DNA from: an uncultured bacterium
GTDB lineage: Bacteria > Chloroflexota > UBA5177 > JANWHV01
Assembly (NCBI GenBank): GCA_963729625.1
Contig: CAVSOU010000008.1
Location: 832,001 to 896,000, forward strand
Direction: 5' to 3'
DNA length: 64,000 nt
This document shows positions 60,682 to 64,000 of this stretch, one piece after another. The translations under genes were made by a program, and so were the position numbers. Numbering within the stretch: position 1 is the stretch's first letter; each line of letters starts with the position of its first letter. The notes below the pieces were generated by a model, which was not told where the DNA came from, ran no database searches, and saw only the letters and a list, made by a program, of their open reading frames with translations.

Positions 60682-61763
60682 TCGGCATCTCGCGGGCGGT
60701 GACGCGGCAAGGTGTCCGCGTCGAGCGACGACCCTGGCGCCCCGGCCGGACCATTGCCGTGCTGGGCGGGCTGTCGCTCGTGCTCGCGTTCGTGTCGGTC
60801 CTGGCGATCGGGCTGGGCGAGGTATACATCTCGCCCGGCTCGATCGTGGGCATGGCGCTGCAGTGGCTGCCCGCGCATCCCGCGCGCGCCTGGTCGGACG
60901 TCGATCTGACGATCATCACGCTCTACAGGGTTCCCCAGGTACTTACGGCGATCATGGTCGGCAGCGCGCTTGCGGTCGCTGGAGCCGCGTTCCAGGCACT
61001 GTTTCGCAATCCTCTTGCGGATCCGGGTATCGTGGGCACATCGGCGGGCGCGAGCCTGGGAGCGATCATCGCTTTGGCGCTGCCAATTCAGGTTGAATGG
61101 TTCGGGTACAGCATCGTGTCACTGGCAGCATTCGCCGGTGCGATGGGCACGATGCTGCTGGTGTACTCCCTTGCCCGGGTCGGCGGCAGGCTGCCAAGCA
61201 CTTCGCTGCTGCTGGCCGGCTTCGCCGTTAGCGCCGGACTCAACGCTATCGCGGCCCTGATCGAGACGATGAGCGACCAACTGCGCCAGATGTACGTGTG
61301 GCTGTTGGGAAGCCTCGACTTCACAACCAGTTCGCAGCTCATCGCCGCCATGCCGATCTTCGCGGTAGGCATGGCGGGTCTTTTCGTGCTGGCCGGGGAT
61401 CTCAACGTGATGCTCTTGGGCGATGAACAATCGACGTATCTTGGCCTCAACGTGACCCAGAGGCGCGTGGCAATTCTGGTGCTTGGATCGTTGCTGACGA
61501 GCATGGCCGTCGCGCTGGGAGGCATGATCGCCTTTGTCGGCCTCCTCGTGCCGCACATTACGCGGCTGCTGTTTGGCGCCAACCACCGTTTGCTGTTGCC
61601 TGCCTCCGCGCTGGTGGGCGCCACGCTGATGGTAGTCGTCAACACCGTCGCCCACGTCGTTCTGGAGCCCCAGGTCCTTCCAGTGGGCCTGATCACCGTG
61701 CTGCTGGGCGTCCCCTGGTTCCTGGTGTTGCTCCGAAGGAAGAAAGGCAATTATGTGTTCTAG
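60678..61763 (+). CDS. btuC: Cobalamin ABC transporter permease (FecCD family)
   Basis: QALFRNPLADP, WLLGS, IAFVGLLVPH, LPVGLIT. Confidence 0.92.
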   Translation: MIGISRAVTRQGVRVERRPWRPGRTIAVLGGLSLVLAFVSVLAIGLGEVYISPGSIVGMALQWLPAHPARAWSDVDLTIITLYRVPQVLTAIMVGSALAVAGAAFQALFRNPLADPGIVGTSAGASLGAIIALALPIQVEWFGYSIVSLAAFAGAMGTMLLVYSLARVGGRLPSTSLLLAGFAVSAGLNAIAALIETMSDQLRQMYVWLLGSLDFTTSSQLIAAMPIFAVGMAGLFVLAGDLNVMLLGDEQSTYLGLNVTQRRVAILVLGSLLTSMAVALGGMIAFVGLLVPHITRLLFGANHRLLLPASALVGATLMVVVNTVAHVVLEPQVLPVGLITVLLGVPWFLVLLRRKKGNYVF

Positions 61764-61814
61764 CGTTGTCTCGTGCCACCCTGTGACAGCGCACATGCCT
61801 TTGGAGCCGGGCGG

Positions 61815-62711
61815 ATGACGGCCTTTCGACCTTTCTCGGGCAGAAGCACCGGCTCCGTGGCGACCCCGGCGGTTGGTCCAGTGCACGCGATCGGCAGCAG
61901 CCAACCGTCTGCGATGCCTGCAAGTAGCGAGCTCCGCGTATTGTTGGAGGCGCGAGATCTGACCTGTGGCTACGGCGCGCAACCCGTGCTATCGCACATC
62001 AATCTGTGCCTAGCCCGCGGCGAGACTATCGCGTTGCTCGGTCGCAACGGCAGCGGCAAGTCGACGCTTATCCGCACACTGGCAGGCGGACTGCCCGCGC
62101 TATCGGGAGGCGTGAGGCTGGATGGTGTACCGATCAAGCAACACGATCGCCGCGCACTCTCCCGGCGGCTGGCAGTCGTTCCACAGAAGATGGAGGTTCC
62201 CTTCGCATTCAGCGTTCGCGAAATCGTCGAGCTCGGCCGGGCGCCTTACACGCGCTTTCTTGGCTTGCCGAACGAATCGGACGAGCGCGCTGTCGAATCG
62301 GCTCTTGAGGCCTGTGACTTGCGGTCGTTTTCTTCGCGCGCATTCCAGCAGCTCAGCGGCGGCGAGCAGCAACGCGTGGCGCTGGCAATGGCTCTCGCGC
62401 AGGAGCCGGAGATCCTGTTGCTGGACGAGCCCACGGTTCACCTTGACCTGGCGCACCAGATCTCGCTGCTCGAGCTGGTGCGACGATCGCGCACGTGCCG
62501 CGGGCTCGGCGTGGTCGCGGCGATGCACGACGTGAACCTTTCCGCGCTGTACTTTGATCGGCTCATCGTGCTGGGTGAGGGCACGACGCTCGCGTCGGGC
62601 ACGCCTCTGGACGTTCTCTCTCCCGCGTTGATCGAGCGAGCGTTCGGTACACCTGTTGAGGTGTTCTCGCATCCGCGGATGGGCGTGCCGCAGATCGTGC
62701 TGTTGCCGTGA
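61815..62711 (+). CDS. btuD: Cobalamin ABC transporter ATP-binding protein
   Basis: GRNGSGKS, LSGGEQQR, LLDEPT.HLD, HDVN; start uncertain (61815 or 61914). Confidence 0.9.
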   Translation: MTAFRPFSGRSTGSVATPAVGPVHAIGSSQPSAMPASSELRVLLEARDLTCGYGAQPVLSHINLCLARGETIALLGRNGSGKSTLIRTLAGGLPALSGGVRLDGVPIKQHDRRALSRRLAVVPQKMEVPFAFSVREIVELGRAPYTRFLGLPNESDERAVESALEACDLRSFSSRAFQQLSGGEQQRVALAMALAQEPEILLLDEPTVHLDLAHQISLLELVRRSRTCRGLGVVAAMHDVNLSALYFDRLIVLGEGTTLASGTPLDVLSPALIERAFGTPVEVFSHPRMGVPQIVLLP

Positions 62712-62729
62712 TCGATGGAGACGATCCAG

Positions 62730-63596
62730 CTAGACAAAGAGTGAGTGCATCTCCTGTTCGGCGACAAGCTTTGCTATTTGGTCGTCGCTGACCTTCTGGC
62801 CAGGTCGGTAGCGCTCCGCAGCATCCAGGACGAGCGGCAGCACGTCGATGTCGCCCACAGTGTTCAGGAAGACGTCCGGCCGGTTGAGGACCCACGCGAC
62901 CGCGATGTCAATGCCGGCCTGTTCTTCCAACGGCTCGTACCAGGTCGTGCGCGTGTGCCGCGCACCTTCCGGCCAGGGGCGGCGGAGAATGCCCTTTATC
63001 GTCTGCACCGCGACATTGCGTTCGCGGCACACTGCGAGCACTGCCTCGAAGTCCTCCTGATAGTGCGGTATGCGCATCACCGGGTGGTTGTAGGGCAACA
63101 GGACCGAGTCGAAATCGAATCGCTCGAGGCTGCGCTTGTGCATGGCGGCCACGGTAGCACCGTGGCCGGTTACTCCGATGAAGCGCACGAGCCCCTGGTC
63201 GCGCGCTTCAATGGCCGCCTCAAGGGCGCCCCCTGGGCCCATTGCCACGTCCCATTCGCCCGGATCGACGAGATTGTGAAGCTGAAGCAGATCGACATAA
63301 TCAACCTGAAGGCGCTCAAGCGAGCGACGGATCTCGTCGCGTGCCGGCTCGTAGCGGCGCTGACCAGTCTTGGTGGCGAGGAAGAACGTCTTCCGATGGT
63401 CCTTCATCCACGGCCCGATGCGTAGCTCCGCATCACCATAGCTGGCCGCGACGTCGATATGGTTGATGCCATAGCGCAGCAGCAGAGCGAGCGTACGATC
63501 GGCCTCGACCTGACTGCGTTCTCCCAGAGCGGCGGCGCCGAAAATGGCACGGCTGCTCTGATGTCCGGTTCGACCAAATGCCAAAGTTGGGATCAT
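62730..63596 (-). CDS. Aldo/keto reductase
   Basis: [31 protein letters not shown]; GGAGG RBS. Confidence 0.93.
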   Translation of the reverse strand: MIPTLAFGRTGHQSSRAIFGAAALGERSQVEADRTLALLLRYGINHIDVAASYGDAELRIGPWMKDHRKTFFLATKTGQRRYEPARDEIRRSLERLQVDYVDLLQLHNLVDPGEWDVAMGPGGALEAAIEARDQGLVRFIGVTGHGATVAAMHKRSLERFDFDSVLLPYNHPVMRIPHYQEDFEAVLAVCRERNVAVQTIKGILRRPWPEGARHTRTTWYEPLEEQAGIDIAVAWVLNRPDVFLNTVGDIDVLPLVLDAAERYRPGQKVSDDQIAKLVAEQEMHSLFV

Positions 63597-63750
63597 GCTC
63601 TTAACCTCCCACGATGTTGCTCGTCGAACCATGGCGCATCACGAGCGCCAGAGGCACAGGGCTGTCTCCGTGCGACCGGAGGGTTTCCCAGATCAATCTA
63701 CCACGCGGCTGCGGAGCCTGGATCTCCGACTCCGACCGCCACGCCGTTCG

Positions 63751-64000
63751 TCAGGCGTACCTCTCCCACACATCGTTATGACGAGCGCGGTCGAAGAGAA
63801 TGGAGAAGGGATCGCTGGGGCGCCGGGGTACGCTTCGCAACCGCATGTGCGCCTCGTCCGGAGTTCGATTGGCCTTTCTGTGATTACATACCAGGCAGGC
63901 CGCCACGCAATTCTCCCATGAGGTCGCGCCTCCGCGCGATCTGGGCACGACATGATCGATCGTCAACGGGCCCGCGGTGTCGCCGCAGAATTGGCACGTA
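63751..64000 (-). CDS. HNH endonuclease (3' part; starts beyond window)
   Basis: TCQFCG...[13 protein letters not shown]...[15 protein letters not shown]. Confidence 0.92.
   Translation of the reverse strand, partial: TCQFCGDTAGPLTIDHVVPRSRGGATSWENCVAACLVCNHRKANRTPDEAHMRLRSVPRRPSDPFSILFDRARHNDVWERYA

Noticed and set aside
63751-64000. HNH gene as a mobile element or defence nuclease
   Set aside because: Looks like the common stand-alone McrA-like HNH family; truncated by the window edge, no supporting context

Overview
A GC-rich bacterial chromosomal segment, most consistent with Chloroflexota (GAAC-N4-GTTC LexA box, FemX, secreted protein with YFxxTxH...GxPISE...QxFE wall repeats). I found no rRNA, tRNA, CRISPR array or transposase. 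Much of it is housekeeping: yitT, oppD/F, thiD, lexA, gyrA, pgeF, Ser/Thr kinase, ahbC-like radical SAM, rho, femX, sucC, coaE, greA, comEC, rph, yigZ, and a cobamide salvage/uptake locus (cobS, cobU-cobT fusion, btuFCD) with two near-duplicate cobalamin riboswitches. The most notable accessory content is: (1) a minus-strand three-gene operon encoding a soluble M48 metallopeptidase and two dynamin-like GTPases (5630-10273); (2) a ~12 kb cluster of four secreted proteins (two PQQ-type beta-propeller proteins sharing a lectin-like module, two paralogous clan GH-A-like hydrolases), one preceded by a c-di-GMP-I (GEMM)-like riboswitch; (3) a REC-GGDEF overlapping the end of gyrA, with Asn at the guanine-selecting Asp; (4) a Rho with a ~500-aa low-complexity N-terminus. 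All calls come from motif recognition by eye. No database searches were run, and start codons were re-chosen using RBS and homology where the ORF track over-extends.
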